This document shows, in pieces, positions 25,343 through 34,781 of a stretch of DNA of 39,485 nucleotides. The DNA is from a virus (lineage: Duplodnaviria; Caudoviricetes). How positions within the stretch are numbered: position 1 is the stretch's first letter; the number at the start of each line of letters is the position of its first letter. The position numbers were made by a program, and so were the translations under genes. The notes under the pieces were generated by a model. That model was given only the letters and a program-made list of their open reading frames with translations. It was not told the DNA's origin and did no database searches. The stretch is from positions 1-39,485 of the IMG/VR virus record IMGVR_UViG_3300044274_000332. One strand, given 5' to 3'.

Positions 25343-25934
25343 GTTGGGAATGGGTTGGCATCCTCGCGAACCCATCAGTTACGAAGGGTGTTACTGGGAG
25401 GAATATCGCCGGCGGGACGCCTCCCCGATGGGCTGTCAGCTCACAACGGCGCGGGTCGATCTTGTCCGCAAGTGGTGGGGTGGCGTCGTTGTGGATATCG
25501 GTATTGGTGGTGGGCGTTTCGTTGAGGCGGTCGGTGGCCAGGGGTTTGATGTGAATCCTGAGGCCGTCAACTGGCTAAAGAAGAAGGGTCGGTGGCGTGA
25601 TGTTTATTCTGAGCCCGTTGATGCGGTTACCTGCTGGGACTCCCTCGAGCACATCCCGGACCCCGCTGCCCTTCTGGCCCAAGTTTCACGTTGGTTGTTT
25701 GTGAGCTTGCCCATTTTCCGGGGCCCGGAACACTGCCTTCGTTCGAGACATTACAAGCCCGGCGAGCATATTTGGTACTGGACTCATTCTGGCTTCGTGG
25801 CATGGCTCTCTGATCAAGGATTTGTTATGCGAGATTGCAGCCGGATTGAGAGCCAGATTGGCCGGGAAGGCATTGTGAGCTATGTCTTTGAGCGGGCACC
25901 TGTCGGTGATGGCCGACTTCGCCAGGCGGCGTAA
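25272..25934 (+). CDS. Class I SAM-dependent methyltransferase (small-molecule/sugar type)
   Basis: VVDIGIGGG motif I, GFDVN, DAVTCWDSLEHIPDP; GGGAG RBS before GTG 25272. Confidence 0.82.
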   Translation: MTNALPAIAASLSDGLERLVWWPELGMGWHPREPISYEGCYWEEYRRRDASPMGCQLTTARVDLVRKWWGGVVVDIGIGGGRFVEAVGGQGFDVNPEAVNWLKKKGRWRDVYSEPVDAVTCWDSLEHIPDPAALLAQVSRWLFVSLPIFRGPEHCLRSRHYKPGEHIWYWTHSGFVAWLSDQGFVMRDCSRIESQIGREGIVSYVFERAPVGDGRLRQAA

Positions 25935-25944
25935 CGGAGAGCAT

Positions 25945-26550
25945 ATGTACAAATGGCGCATTGTTGTCCCGCCCGCTGAGCCTGTTGTTGATCTGGCCGC
26001 TCTGAAGCAGCACCTGCGAATTATCTGGGATTATGAGGATGACTACCTGGAGAAGCAGTTGTTGCCGGCGGCGGAGCGCCGTTGTGAAGCCTGGATGAAG
26101 CGGAGCCTGGCGCCGCAGACACTTGAAGCAGCGTTTGATGGCTTTGTCGGTTGTGGTGGGTTTCGCCTGGCGCGGCCGCCGCTGATTGAAGTTGAGTCGG
26201 TCACTTATACCGATGCTGACGGGGTTGGCCAGGTCATGGATTTGGCTGATGTAGCCGTGGATACCTTTGAAGAGCCGGGCATGGTGTTCCCGCTCCCGGG
26301 GCAGCACTGGCCAACGACGCAGCGTGGCAACCCAAACGCGGTGAAAGTTCGTTACCGGGCGGGCTATGAAAGCCATTCCAGTCCGGTGGGAGCCGCCGTT
26401 CCGGCGGACTTGGTAGCGGCGGTTCTATTGACTGCTGGTGATCTTTACGAAAACCGGGAGAGCACCATCGTGGGTGTCAGCGCTCAGCAGGTGCCGCTGG
26501 CGGCAGAACGGCTTATGGACCCTTATCGGGTATTCATGGTGCTGGAATGA
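25945..26550 (+). CDS. Head-tail connector/adaptor (gp6 / phiE125 gp8-like)
   Basis: PAEPV.LAALKQHLRI, VRYRAGY, VPADL..AVLL..GDLYENRE; GGAG RBS before ATG 25945. Confidence 0.88.
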   Translation: MYKWRIVVPPAEPVVDLAALKQHLRIIWDYEDDYLEKQLLPAAERRCEAWMKRSLAPQTLEAAFDGFVGCGGFRLARPPLIEVESVTYTDADGVGQVMDLADVAVDTFEEPGMVFPLPGQHWPTTQRGNPNAVKVRYRAGYESHSSPVGAAVPADLVAAVLLTAGDLYENRESTIVGVSAQQVPLAAERLMDPYRVFMVLE

Positions 26551-26921
26551 GGGCGGGCCGTCTCAAGCACAGAGTGGAGATTCTTCACCGGGTGGGTGGG
26601 CTGGATGATGCAGGCCAAGAGATCGAAGGTGATGAAGGTTGGGAGGTATGGCAGGGCGGCGTTCCTGCTTTTGTGAACCCTGTTCGTGGCGCTGAAGGTG
26701 TTCAGGCCGGGGTTATGGTTCAGGGGGTGTCCGATTATGAAATCACCCTTCGTTATCTGCCGGGAATAGTTCAGACCATGCGGGTGCGGTGGCATGAAAC
26801 CTACGATTCGCCAGCCATTGTTCATGAGTTTGACATTGTGGGATCGCCGCAAATTTTCGCGGCAAGGCGCGAAATAAAGCTGAGCTGCAAGGAGCGAGAT
26901 TCTCATGGCTGGCGGGGGTAA
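26547..26921 (+). CDS. Head closure / stopper protein (SPP1 gp16-like)
   Basis: MRAGRLKHRV, ITLRY..GI...MRV. Confidence 0.85.
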   Translation: MRAGRLKHRVEILHRVGGLDDAGQEIEGDEGWEVWQGGVPAFVNPVRGAEGVQAGVMVQGVSDYEITLRYLPGIVQTMRVRWHETYDSPAIVHEFDIVGSPQIFAARREIKLSCKERDSHGWRG

Positions 26922-27366
26922 AGGCAAAGGCATGGAAGGAATGGCGGCCTTGGAGCGCCAACTGGACAAGCTGGAGCTGCTGGCCAGTGGTACCAAAGAC
27001 AAAATTCTGCGAGCTGGTGTCCGGGCCGGAGGTAACGTCTTTGCCAAAGAGATGCGGCGGTCAGCCCCGAAGGGCGACGTTGCTCATAAAACCTACAAAG
27101 GTCGGTTGGTTTCGCCGGGATTCGCTGCTCGGAACGTAAAGGTGACAACGCCCCGCAAGGCTCGCAGCAAGCATCATGCCACCGCGCTGATTGGCGTCAG
27201 ATCAGAAGCTTTCTATGTGTTGCAGTTTGTAGAGCTGGGGACATCAAAGTTCCCCGCTGAGCCCTGGGCTGTGCCCGCTTATGAGCGCGCCAAGCACAAA
27301 GCCATTGAGGCTTATAAAGACAGAGTGATCAAGCGGATCCTGAAAATTACCAGGTCAGGCAAATGA
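26905..27366 (+). CDS. HK97 gp10-family tail completion protein
   Basis: GMAALERQL, AFY..FVELGTSK.PA.PW..PA. Confidence 0.85.
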   Translation: MAGGGKGKGMEGMAALERQLDKLELLASGTKDKILRAGVRAGGNVFAKEMRRSAPKGDVAHKTYKGRLVSPGFAARNVKVTTPRKARSKHHATALIGVRSEAFYVLQFVELGTSKFPAEPWAVPAYERAKHKAIEAYKDRVIKRILKITRSGK

Positions 27367-27752
27367 TTGAGCAGGCGTTGAGAAAATACCTCATTGCGGC
27401 CCCGGCCGTAGCTGGCCTTATCGGCGAGCGGGTGCATCCCCTGGTAATACCCCAAGGGGGCAAAACGCCCTGTATCACCTATCAGCGAAGTGGGGCGCGC
27501 AGGCACAAGACAACGTGCAAGACCAGCAGGTTGGTGGGTGCCCGGGTGAAGCTGGATTGCTATTCAAAAACCTATATCCAGGCACAGGCCCTGGCAGCGG
27601 CGGTTTGGCAGGAATTACGCGATTTATCGGGTGACATGCAAGGGGTGGAGGTGAACGACCTGAGCCTTGAGCTGGATCTGGACCTGAGCGACATGGAGCC
27701 GGGTTTGTACCGGCAATCTCAAACTTATCTTATCTGGTACTACGAATCATAG
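27363..27752 (+). CDS. Tail terminator (DUF3168-like)
   Basis: VAGLIGERVHP, PCITYQR, VKLDCY. Confidence 0.8.
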   Translation: MIEQALRKYLIAAPAVAGLIGERVHPLVIPQGGKTPCITYQRSGARRHKTTCKTSRLVGARVKLDCYSKTYIQAQALAAAVWQELRDLSGDMQGVEVNDLSLELDLDLSDMEPGLYRQSQTYLIWYYES

Positions 27753-27761
27753 GAGGCCGTC

Positions 27762-28205
27762 ATGAGCGGTGGTGAAGACGCGTTTGTAGGTAATTTCAAA
27801 CTCCGCATGGGTGATGCCGGCTCTCCGGAGCAGTTCGCAAACCTGTGTGAAGTATTCGATGTTGGCGGTGTGGGTGAAACCAGTGAACAGGTGCAGTCCA
27901 CCACGTTCTGTAACGACGGCTCCCACGTTTATATCCCGGGCCTGGCGGATGGCAACGAGGTGACGTTCTCTTCCAACATCACGCTGAATGAGAACGGCTC
28001 GCTGGATACCGACGCGGTGGCTCTCATTCAGGCCATCAAGGCCAAGGAGAGCCGGAATTTCCAGGCCGTCTTTGACAAAAACAGCCCGGTGGTGGGCTTT
28101 CAGTTCACCCTGGCGTTGTTGAGCTGGGAGCTGGTTCCCTCTGTCACCGATAAGAACACCATTAACTTCACCGGCAAAATCAGCGGTGGGGTGGAGATTA
28201 TCTAA
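27762..28205 (+). CDS. Major tail tube protein
   Basis: GDAGSPEQF, YIPGLADG.EVTF, KISG; position. Confidence 0.85.
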   Translation: MSGGEDAFVGNFKLRMGDAGSPEQFANLCEVFDVGGVGETSEQVQSTTFCNDGSHVYIPGLADGNEVTFSSNITLNENGSLDTDAVALIQAIKAKESRNFQAVFDKNSPVVGFQFTLALLSWELVPSVTDKNTINFTGKISGGVEII

Positions 28206-28543
28206 TGGCCGGGAAAACTGTTGGCAGCTTTGATGAATTCATGGCATTGGCAGCCCCTGTAATCGGCAGTGTTGAGGTCAGGGGCCGTAAGGTCCATATC
28301 CGGGAGCTGTCTGATCGGCAGCGTAAAGAGATTGCGGAAGCGAGCAAGGAAAGCCAGGAGGAATGTCTGGCGGCAGTTCTTGCCTTTGGTGTTGTTGACG
28401 GATCGGGTAATCCGTTGATGACCCGCGATCAGGCTCGAGAATATGGTTCCTCCTCGCCTGGTGTGATCCAGGAGATCAGCGAGGCAATCATGAAACTCTC
28501 CGGCATGCAGGACGAGGAGGGTGAGGACCCGGGAAAAGACTGA
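28205..28543 (+). CDS. Tail assembly chaperone (gpG-like)
   Basis: Position; ends in slippery G GGA AAA at 28531-28537. Confidence 0.85.
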   Translation: MAGKTVGSFDEFMALAAPVIGSVEVRGRKVHIRELSDRQRKEIAEASKESQEECLAAVLAFGVVDGSGNPLMTRDQAREYGSSSPGVIQEISEAIMKLSGMQDEEGEDPGKD

Positions 28544-28956
28544 GCCCAATCCAGCGTTTCAAGCATCGGTTGGCGCTGGGGTTGGGGCGAACGGTCGGTG
28601 AGCTGGAGTGTTCTCTGAGCCCTCGCGAACTGGCGGACTGGCAGGCCTACTACCTGCTGGAGCCCTGGGGGGCCTGGCGTGATAACTACCATGCAGGCCT
28701 CGTAGCGGCGCGGCTCAGTAATCTGTTCCGGGGCAAAAAAGCCAAACCGGTATCCCCTGCAGATTTTTTCTACGAATACTCCGCACCGCAAAAAAGCCAA
28801 ACAAACTGCGAATCCTTCAAGGTTTTGTTGATGGCGCTCGCGAAGGATAAATCTCATGGCAGAAGATCTGGCAAAACTGGTCCTCCGGATGGAGGCGCAG
28901 ACAGCCCAGTATCAGCGGGAACTGGAGAAATCCAGGGAGAAGCTGAACCGCATTGA
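28531..28956 (+). CDS. gpT-like -1 frameshift extension of tail assembly chaperone
   Basis: -1 frame open from slippery site: LALGLGRTVGELE..LSPRELADWQAYY..EPWG. Confidence 0.8.
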   Translation, partial: GKRLSPIQRFKHRLALGLGRTVGELECSLSPRELADWQAYYLLEPWGAWRDNYHAGLVAARLSNLFRGKKAKPVSPADFFYEYSAPQKSQTNCESFKVLLMALAKDKSHGRRSGKTGPPDGGADSPVSAGTGEIQGEAEPH

Positions 28957-31063
28957 TCGTACTACCAAGAAAATGCAGGAAAATACCCGGCGGCGGTTTG
29001 CTGCAATGGAATCAGCATCGAACCGTTTAAAGGGTGCTGTTGCGGGGATGGTTGCTGCTTTTACGCTTCATAAGTTCTCTTCTTGGATTAAGTCGTCCAT
29101 TGATGGAGCAGATAGAGCCAATAAATTTGCCCAGCAGGTTGGTGTTGCCACGGAAACACTTACGGGGCTTGACCTTGGGCTGAAGTTATCTGGCACTAAT
29201 ATGAAGTCCTTTGAGGGTGGGTTGGTTCGCCTCAACAGGTCTATCAGTGATGCTGATCAGGGCCTGGCTACCCAGAAGCGAGCGTTTTCGGATCTGGGTA
29301 TCAGCGTTAGGGATTCCAAGGGCGAATTAAAAAGCTCTGAGCAGGTGCTGCGTGAAGTTGCCGATAAATTCTCTCAAATGGAGGATGGTGTTCGAAAAAC
29401 CGCCAGAGCACAGGAGATATTTGGGAGGTCCGGTGCAGAGCTAATTCCATTCCTGAATCAGGGTAGTGATGGCCTTGACAGGATGATTGACCGATCTCGG
29501 GACCTTGGATTGGTTTGGACCCGCGAATCGGCGGCAGCGGCAGAGGCGTTTAATGACAAGTTGACCATCTTGGGCAGTGTAGCTGAAGGTATTGGCAACC
29601 AGGTCGCGCGCGATATGTTGCCAATAATGAGCGATTTGGCGGATTACCTCATTGAGGTTTCAGAGGATGGAAGTGTTGCAGCTACCGTAGCGAATGCGCT
29701 TTCTACCTCGTTGAAAGGCGTTGCAGCCACTACGGTCGGGGCGGTTGCAGCATTTGAGTTGCTCGGTAAGGCCATCGGAAGTGGGTTGGCGGCCCTGGAT
29801 GTTGGTCTCGAAGATGCTGAGTGGTATGAAAAAGTTATTCCTGTTCTAGCGGCCCGCCGGATTTATAAAAACCTCGATGATGTAAAAGGGGCGCTAGATG
29901 TGTCCCTTACCGATATCAATGAGACGATTGGCAAATATGCGGTTGCGTTCGACAAAATCTGGGCTGCTGGTGAAGGTGAAGGCTCGGGTTTGGCGGATCG
30001 GATTGCAGCCATCCGTGGAGCATTTGATCGTCCTGATGGTGACAGTGGTGGTTCCTCTAGTTTTCTGGAAGATCAGATTAAAGAAATCGATAAGCTGATC
30101 GATAGGGCTCATAAATCAACTGAAATCTGGAGCCGGGCCCGCGATGCGGCAAACCAGCAGCTTCAAGGGGTCGTTGATTCCTTGATGACTGAAGAAGAGC
30201 AGATCCGTGCCAGCTATGAGCGGCGGCAGCAGATAATTCTGGATAACACGGCACAGGCCTCCCAGAAACAGGCGGCCCTGTTGGCGCGTCTGGAAATGCA
30301 GAAAAATGAACAGCTTGAGGAGCTGAATCGGGGCTACTGGGAGAGGTACCTGGCGGCGGCTGATGAGGCTCTGACTAACCTCAACGACATTGCGGCTACC
30401 ACTATTTCGAATTTTGCGAGCGGCGTGGGCAATGCGTTCGAGAGCATGATTTTCGATGCTACAAGCGCCAGTGACGCCTTCAGAAACTTGGCTGAAGGGA
30501 TGGCCAGGGCAATCGTCAATGCCTTGGGGCAGATGGCGGCTCAGTGGGCAGCTTATCAACTTGTTCAGCTTGCTGTCGGAAAAACAACAGCGTTGGCATC
30601 GGCGGGGGCCATGGTTGCTCAAGCTCAGGCCGCAAGTGCTCAGGCAGCCCTTAACGCGTATTCAAGCACTGCCGCTATTCCTATTGTTGGTCCCGCTGCA
30701 GCGCCGGCTGCAGCTGCGGCAGCTACTGCTGCCACGGCGCCGTTTGTGGCAACTATCGCAGCTACTTCTTTTGCTGGCATGTTCGATAAGGGTGGGGATA
30801 TCCCGGCAGGTATGTGGGGCATTGCTGCGGAGCGTGGCCTGGAGCTTGTCGGTAATCAGTTGCTCCGCCAGCCTTCGATTGTTCAGGGGCCGGCACACGT
30901 CACCAGTAGAGCTGATACGGCCTCAATGCTGGGGCGGAAACCGGAAGTTAATTTGCGGAACATCAACGTCCTTGATCCGCGTGTTGTTGGTGATTACTTG
31001 GGGACTGACGAAGGCGAGCAGCAGATCGTCAACATCATGCAAAAGAATCGGAGTGCCGCCTGA
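28856..31063 (+). CDS. Tail tape measure protein (735 aa)
   Basis: Long alpha-helical Ala-rich ORF after G/GT; IPIVGP and FDKGG C-terminal motifs. Confidence 0.9.
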   Translation: MAEDLAKLVLRMEAQTAQYQRELEKSREKLNRIDRTTKKMQENTRRRFAAMESASNRLKGAVAGMVAAFTLHKFSSWIKSSIDGADRANKFAQQVGVATETLTGLDLGLKLSGTNMKSFEGGLVRLNRSISDADQGLATQKRAFSDLGISVRDSKGELKSSEQVLREVADKFSQMEDGVRKTARAQEIFGRSGAELIPFLNQGSDGLDRMIDRSRDLGLVWTRESAAAAEAFNDKLTILGSVAEGIGNQVARDMLPIMSDLADYLIEVSEDGSVAATVANALSTSLKGVAATTVGAVAAFELLGKAIGSGLAALDVGLEDAEWYEKVIPVLAARRIYKNLDDVKGALDVSLTDINETIGKYAVAFDKIWAAGEGEGSGLADRIAAIRGAFDRPDGDSGGSSSFLEDQIKEIDKLIDRAHKSTEIWSRARDAANQQLQGVVDSLMTEEEQIRASYERRQQIILDNTAQASQKQAALLARLEMQKNEQLEELNRGYWERYLAAADEALTNLNDIAATTISNFASGVGNAFESMIFDATSASDAFRNLAEGMARAIVNALGQMAAQWAAYQLVQLAVGKTTALASAGAMVAQAQAASAQAALNAYSSTAAIPIVGPAAAPAAAAAATAATAPFVATIAATSFAGMFDKGGDIPAGMWGIAAERGLELVGNQLLRQPSIVQGPAHVTSRADTASMLGRKPEVNLRNINVLDPRVVGDYLGTDEGEQQIVNIMQKNRSAA

Positions 31064-32118
31064 TGGCAGTGGAAACCGGTACCGCAACGGACCATGTGGA
31101 TCTGTTCAATAAGCTGTACACCTTTCTGACCAGTAACGCCGATCTGGTGAACGCCGGGCAGCAGTGGGAGCGGGTGGCTAGTGTAGGCCAGACTCCGCCG
31201 TTCACGGCCAGCCAGGGCACCTCTGGTGCCGGTGATGAGAACGATACGACTGGCGCTGTAATGCTGAAGGGGCCGGGCCTGGCGGGTGCTGATGAAATCT
31301 TTGTGTCGCTGCGCCTGTACGACAACACCAGCCTGAACCGGCAAATGCTGTTCATGCGGGGCCACAACGGGGTCATCGCCGGGAACAGCAGCTACCAGAA
31401 CCATGTGAATACGGGCCCCAGAAAGGCAATCCCGGTGTGGGGCCAGAACATGGCGTACTGGTTTGTTGCCAGTGGCCGGCGGTTTTATGGCGTGGTGAAG
31501 CTGGGGACCGTTTACGAGGTCTTCTATTGTGGCTTCTATTTGCCGTACGCCTCTCCGGCGGGGAACCCTTACCCCTTGATGATCGGCGGCACCACCGCTC
31601 GCGATACTGCCGATATTGGGCAAGAAACCACTGGGGACGATCATCGGGCCTTTGTGGACCCTTGGGAGCGAGATCCGGGCAGCCTTACCGCTATCACCTA
31701 TTCCGGCAACTGGGTGAACTTCCGCCATGACAATGACAGCGGGCATTCGTCCGGCATTGATCATTGTGTCCACCCGTTCCAGGCGGCGATTTTTCCGCGC
31801 TCCCTGGGTGGATTTAATGACCTTTACACGCCGCCCAGCCGCGACTGGGAGAACTGCCGGTCGAGCTATCTTTTTTCTCAGGCCCAGCTGCTGGGCGGCG
31901 GTTACCTGCTCACCCCGCTGACTCTGCACGCCTCGCAATACCATGATCCGGCTCAGGCGGACCCCGGTGTGCTGGGTGTGATGGACGGTGTGTTTCATGT
32001 GGCCGGAAACGGCAATGTGGCCGAGAACCTGGTGCAGGTGGGCGGCGTTAACCACCTGGTGGTGCAGAACGTCTATCGGACCTATAACGCGGCCTATTTC
32101 GCCATGACGCTGGAGTAA
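31063..32118 (+). CDS. Virion structural/tail-tip protein (D3112/YuA-like)
   Basis: MAVETGTA..H..L, YWFVASGRR, Y.GFYLPY..P..NPYPL.IGG, VVQNVYRT. Confidence 0.65.
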   Translation: MAVETGTATDHVDLFNKLYTFLTSNADLVNAGQQWERVASVGQTPPFTASQGTSGAGDENDTTGAVMLKGPGLAGADEIFVSLRLYDNTSLNRQMLFMRGHNGVIAGNSSYQNHVNTGPRKAIPVWGQNMAYWFVASGRRFYGVVKLGTVYEVFYCGFYLPYASPAGNPYPLMIGGTTARDTADIGQETTGDDHRAFVDPWERDPGSLTAITYSGNWVNFRHDNDSGHSSGIDHCVHPFQAAIFPRSLGGFNDLYTPPSRDWENCRSSYLFSQAQLLGGGYLLTPLTLHASQYHDPAQADPGVLGVMDGVFHVAGNGNVAENLVQVGGVNHLVVQNVYRTYNAAYFAMTLE

Positions 32119-32120
32119 GT

Positions 32121-33110
32121 ATGCCTTTCGCGACCACAAACCCTTCTGACCTGACTGGTGCCATTGCGGATCTGGCGGACTTCTACCAGAACACCATGGG
32201 CTGGTCGGTTACCCACGATGTGGGTGCTGTCACTCTGCAGGTCACCATTCCCGGGAAAACGGCTGTTTTCACGATCTCGAAAGAGGATTTCGTGTACTCT
32301 GGGTTTTCCGGTGGGGCCGATTTTGAGGTATTGGTCATTGATGTGACGAATATCGCCGCGCCCATTAAGGCCAAGGTGAACTGGCTCAACCCGATTACCT
32401 CTATGCGGGTGCATGCGGACGATGCCGGTGCAGAGCCGTGGTCGCTGATCACATTTGAATCAGCGCCGGATTATTTTCACCACGCCTGCTTTGGTTATGT
32501 TGAGAAATTGGGCTCTTACTCTGGGGGCGCATTTGCGGACGGGACCTGCTGGGCGGATGGGCTTCAGTCTGCCTACCTTGAGTGGGACACCAACTACAAC
32601 CACCTGCTGTTTAACGGTGAATACAACAAGTCCAGTTACGATGGTGATTGGGGCCGTTGGAGTGGTGGCCTTGAAATTGATCATGTGGATGCTGATTCGG
32701 CGGTGTACCACTTCAGCGATCAGGATGGGGGTTACATCCTCGGCGGTGGTTGGGGCGATGCGTACAACGGTCTGTTGAGTTGGGTGGAGCCAGTAGGGGC
32801 TGATGGCTCAATCAACATGCATCCAGTGGTTCTTTTTGCCAATTTGACGGGCAATAACTTTCTTTCCCCGGTTGCCTGCGTGCCTGGCGTGCGCATGATC
32901 AATTGCCTGCCTTTCGAGAATGCTCAGATCGTGTCCATTGGTGGCCAGAATTGGCAGGTCTTCCCTATGTGCAACAAGTCGATCCCCTACGGTGAGACGG
33001 GTGGCGATGGGTCAGGCCCGGGCAACATCCAACCGGATGGCAGCAACTTCAGATTGAATATCGGCGGCGCAACGGAGCGCTGGGGTATTGCCGTACTGCA
33101 TGAGGCATAA
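32121..33110 (+). CDS. Virion structural/tail-tip protein (paralogous type)
   Basis: Position; H.CFG..EKLG, GGQNWQVFP, GIA C-terminus. Confidence 0.6.
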   Translation: MPFATTNPSDLTGAIADLADFYQNTMGWSVTHDVGAVTLQVTIPGKTAVFTISKEDFVYSGFSGGADFEVLVIDVTNIAAPIKAKVNWLNPITSMRVHADDAGAEPWSLITFESAPDYFHHACFGYVEKLGSYSGGAFADGTCWADGLQSAYLEWDTNYNHLLFNGEYNKSSYDGDWGRWSGGLEIDHVDADSAVYHFSDQDGGYILGGGWGDAYNGLLSWVEPVGADGSINMHPVVLFANLTGNNFLSPVACVPGVRMINCLPFENAQIVSIGGQNWQVFPMCNKSIPYGETGGDGSGPGNIQPDGSNFRLNIGGATERWGIAVLHEA

Positions 33111-33112
33111 CT

Positions 33113-34771
33113 GTGGCGACGTTTTCAGGGGTCATTGCGAAAGGTGGCAGCGGCCAAGCCGTCAATGTGAACGGTACCGCCAACCTGGATGGTCGCACGT
33201 TGCCTCGTTGGCAGGCTGTCTCTGTGCTGGATTCGGTTCAGAAGCCGCTGGCAGGGGATCTGCAGGATAATAGTCCCATCCCTGGCTTCCCGGCGCAGTC
33301 ACTTGCTGGGCGGCGGGCCTGCTCGTATTTCGATGATTTCTACAACCGGATTTACTTCACTCCGAGTCCGTTGGATTTCGAAGCAGTCATTGCTGACACC
33401 GAAAAGACCTTTGATGTGTGGTCGGCATTCCTGGGCCCGCAGACGCTGGAATCTGTCTCGGCGGATCTGGACCCCACGGTCAACCTGGTTCATCCGGCAA
33501 CCCCGCTGGAGTTCGCGGGGCTGGAGCTTAAAACATTCACGGTGCAGGCAGCACTCAATGGCCCGCCGGGCATCGATACCAGCTACACCTTCTCTTTCGA
33601 AGGAGTGGAATACGATCTGCAGGTGCTGGGCACCCGGATCCGGTTGTGGCCCTATAGCGCCCTGGTGCCGGCGCGTGAGACGTTGGAGTGGCTCACTGAC
33701 ATTCTGCCCAGCTACAAGAATGAGCAACGCCTGGCATTGCGGCGGGCGCCGCGGCAATCATTCCGGTACAGCCATAACCTGACGCCCCGTGAATTCAGCT
33801 ATGCCAAGCTGCTGACCAAGACCTGGGGCCATAATAATTATGCTGTGCCGGTATGGCATGAAGCGCAAGCGGTGGGCGATGTGCCCGCCGGTACCGGTGC
33901 GATCGCTGTGGATACCAGCTGGGGTGATTGGCGCGACAACCTGCTGATCTGGTCCGGCTCAGAGAGTTACCAGATTGCCAAAATTGCCGAGGTGCAGCCC
34001 GGCAGCATCCTGCTGGAAGACCCCACTGAACAATCGCTCACCGGGGCCTGGGCGGTACCGCTGCGGGTGGGTCGGCTGATCAATGGGGCCCAGTTTGCGC
34101 GCAGCACGCCGATTATTCCGCGCTCTGATGTGGAATTTCTGATTTCGGACAATGTGGACCTGGGGGCAACCCCGTGGCCGCAATACCGGAACCGTGACCT
34201 GGTGACCGACTGCAGCGTGATTCTGGGATCCATGAATGAGCGGATCGTGCGGGCAGTGACCGAAGTGGACAACGGCAGCGGGCCGGTAGTGGTGTTGCCT
34301 GATTTCGATTATGCCACCCATGCGCAGACCGTGACCTTCCAGAGTCAGGACCGGGCCCAGCAGTGGCAATTCCGGCAATGGCTACACAGCCTTCGCGGCC
34401 GCCAGCGTGGCTTCTGGCTGCCCAGCTGGAACAAAGACCTGGAGCTGGCAGAGAACATTGTTTCCGGGGCCACCCAGTTCCGCGTCAAGGCCATCGGCTA
34501 CCCAGAGTTTCTTACAGTTAGTGACGTGGCGTTTGTCATGCACGACGACAGCCTGGTCACCGCGCGGGTGCTTACCGGTGCAGCCAGCACTGGCGGTACC
34601 GAGCTGCTGGATGTGGAAACGCCCTTTGATGGCGGAATTGATATGGCAGATGTGCAGATGCTCTGCTTCCTGAGCTACATCCGCCTCAATGCCGACCGCG
34701 TGACCATCGATCACGATGGAGCGCGCTTCATGCGCGTGAGCATCCCGGCTATTACCACCCCTGAATCCTGA
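33113..34771 (+). CDS. Tail-tip protein with Ig-like N-terminus and distal-tail-like repeats
   Basis: DDFYNRI, ETLEWLTD..EQR.ALR..PRQ, LRGRQRGFWLPSW. Confidence 0.7.
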   Translation: MATFSGVIAKGGSGQAVNVNGTANLDGRTLPRWQAVSVLDSVQKPLAGDLQDNSPIPGFPAQSLAGRRACSYFDDFYNRIYFTPSPLDFEAVIADTEKTFDVWSAFLGPQTLESVSADLDPTVNLVHPATPLEFAGLELKTFTVQAALNGPPGIDTSYTFSFEGVEYDLQVLGTRIRLWPYSALVPARETLEWLTDILPSYKNEQRLALRRAPRQSFRYSHNLTPREFSYAKLLTKTWGHNNYAVPVWHEAQAVGDVPAGTGAIAVDTSWGDWRDNLLIWSGSESYQIAKIAEVQPGSILLEDPTEQSLTGAWAVPLRVGRLINGAQFARSTPIIPRSDVEFLISDNVDLGATPWPQYRNRDLVTDCSVILGSMNERIVRAVTEVDNGSGPVVVLPDFDYATHAQTVTFQSQDRAQQWQFRQWLHSLRGRQRGFWLPSWNKDLELAENIVSGATQFRVKAIGYPEFLTVSDVAFVMHDDSLVTARVLTGAASTGGTELLDVETPFDGGIDMADVQMLCFLSYIRLNADRVTIDHDGARFMRVSIPAITTPES

Positions 34772-34781
34772 CGGGAATTCC

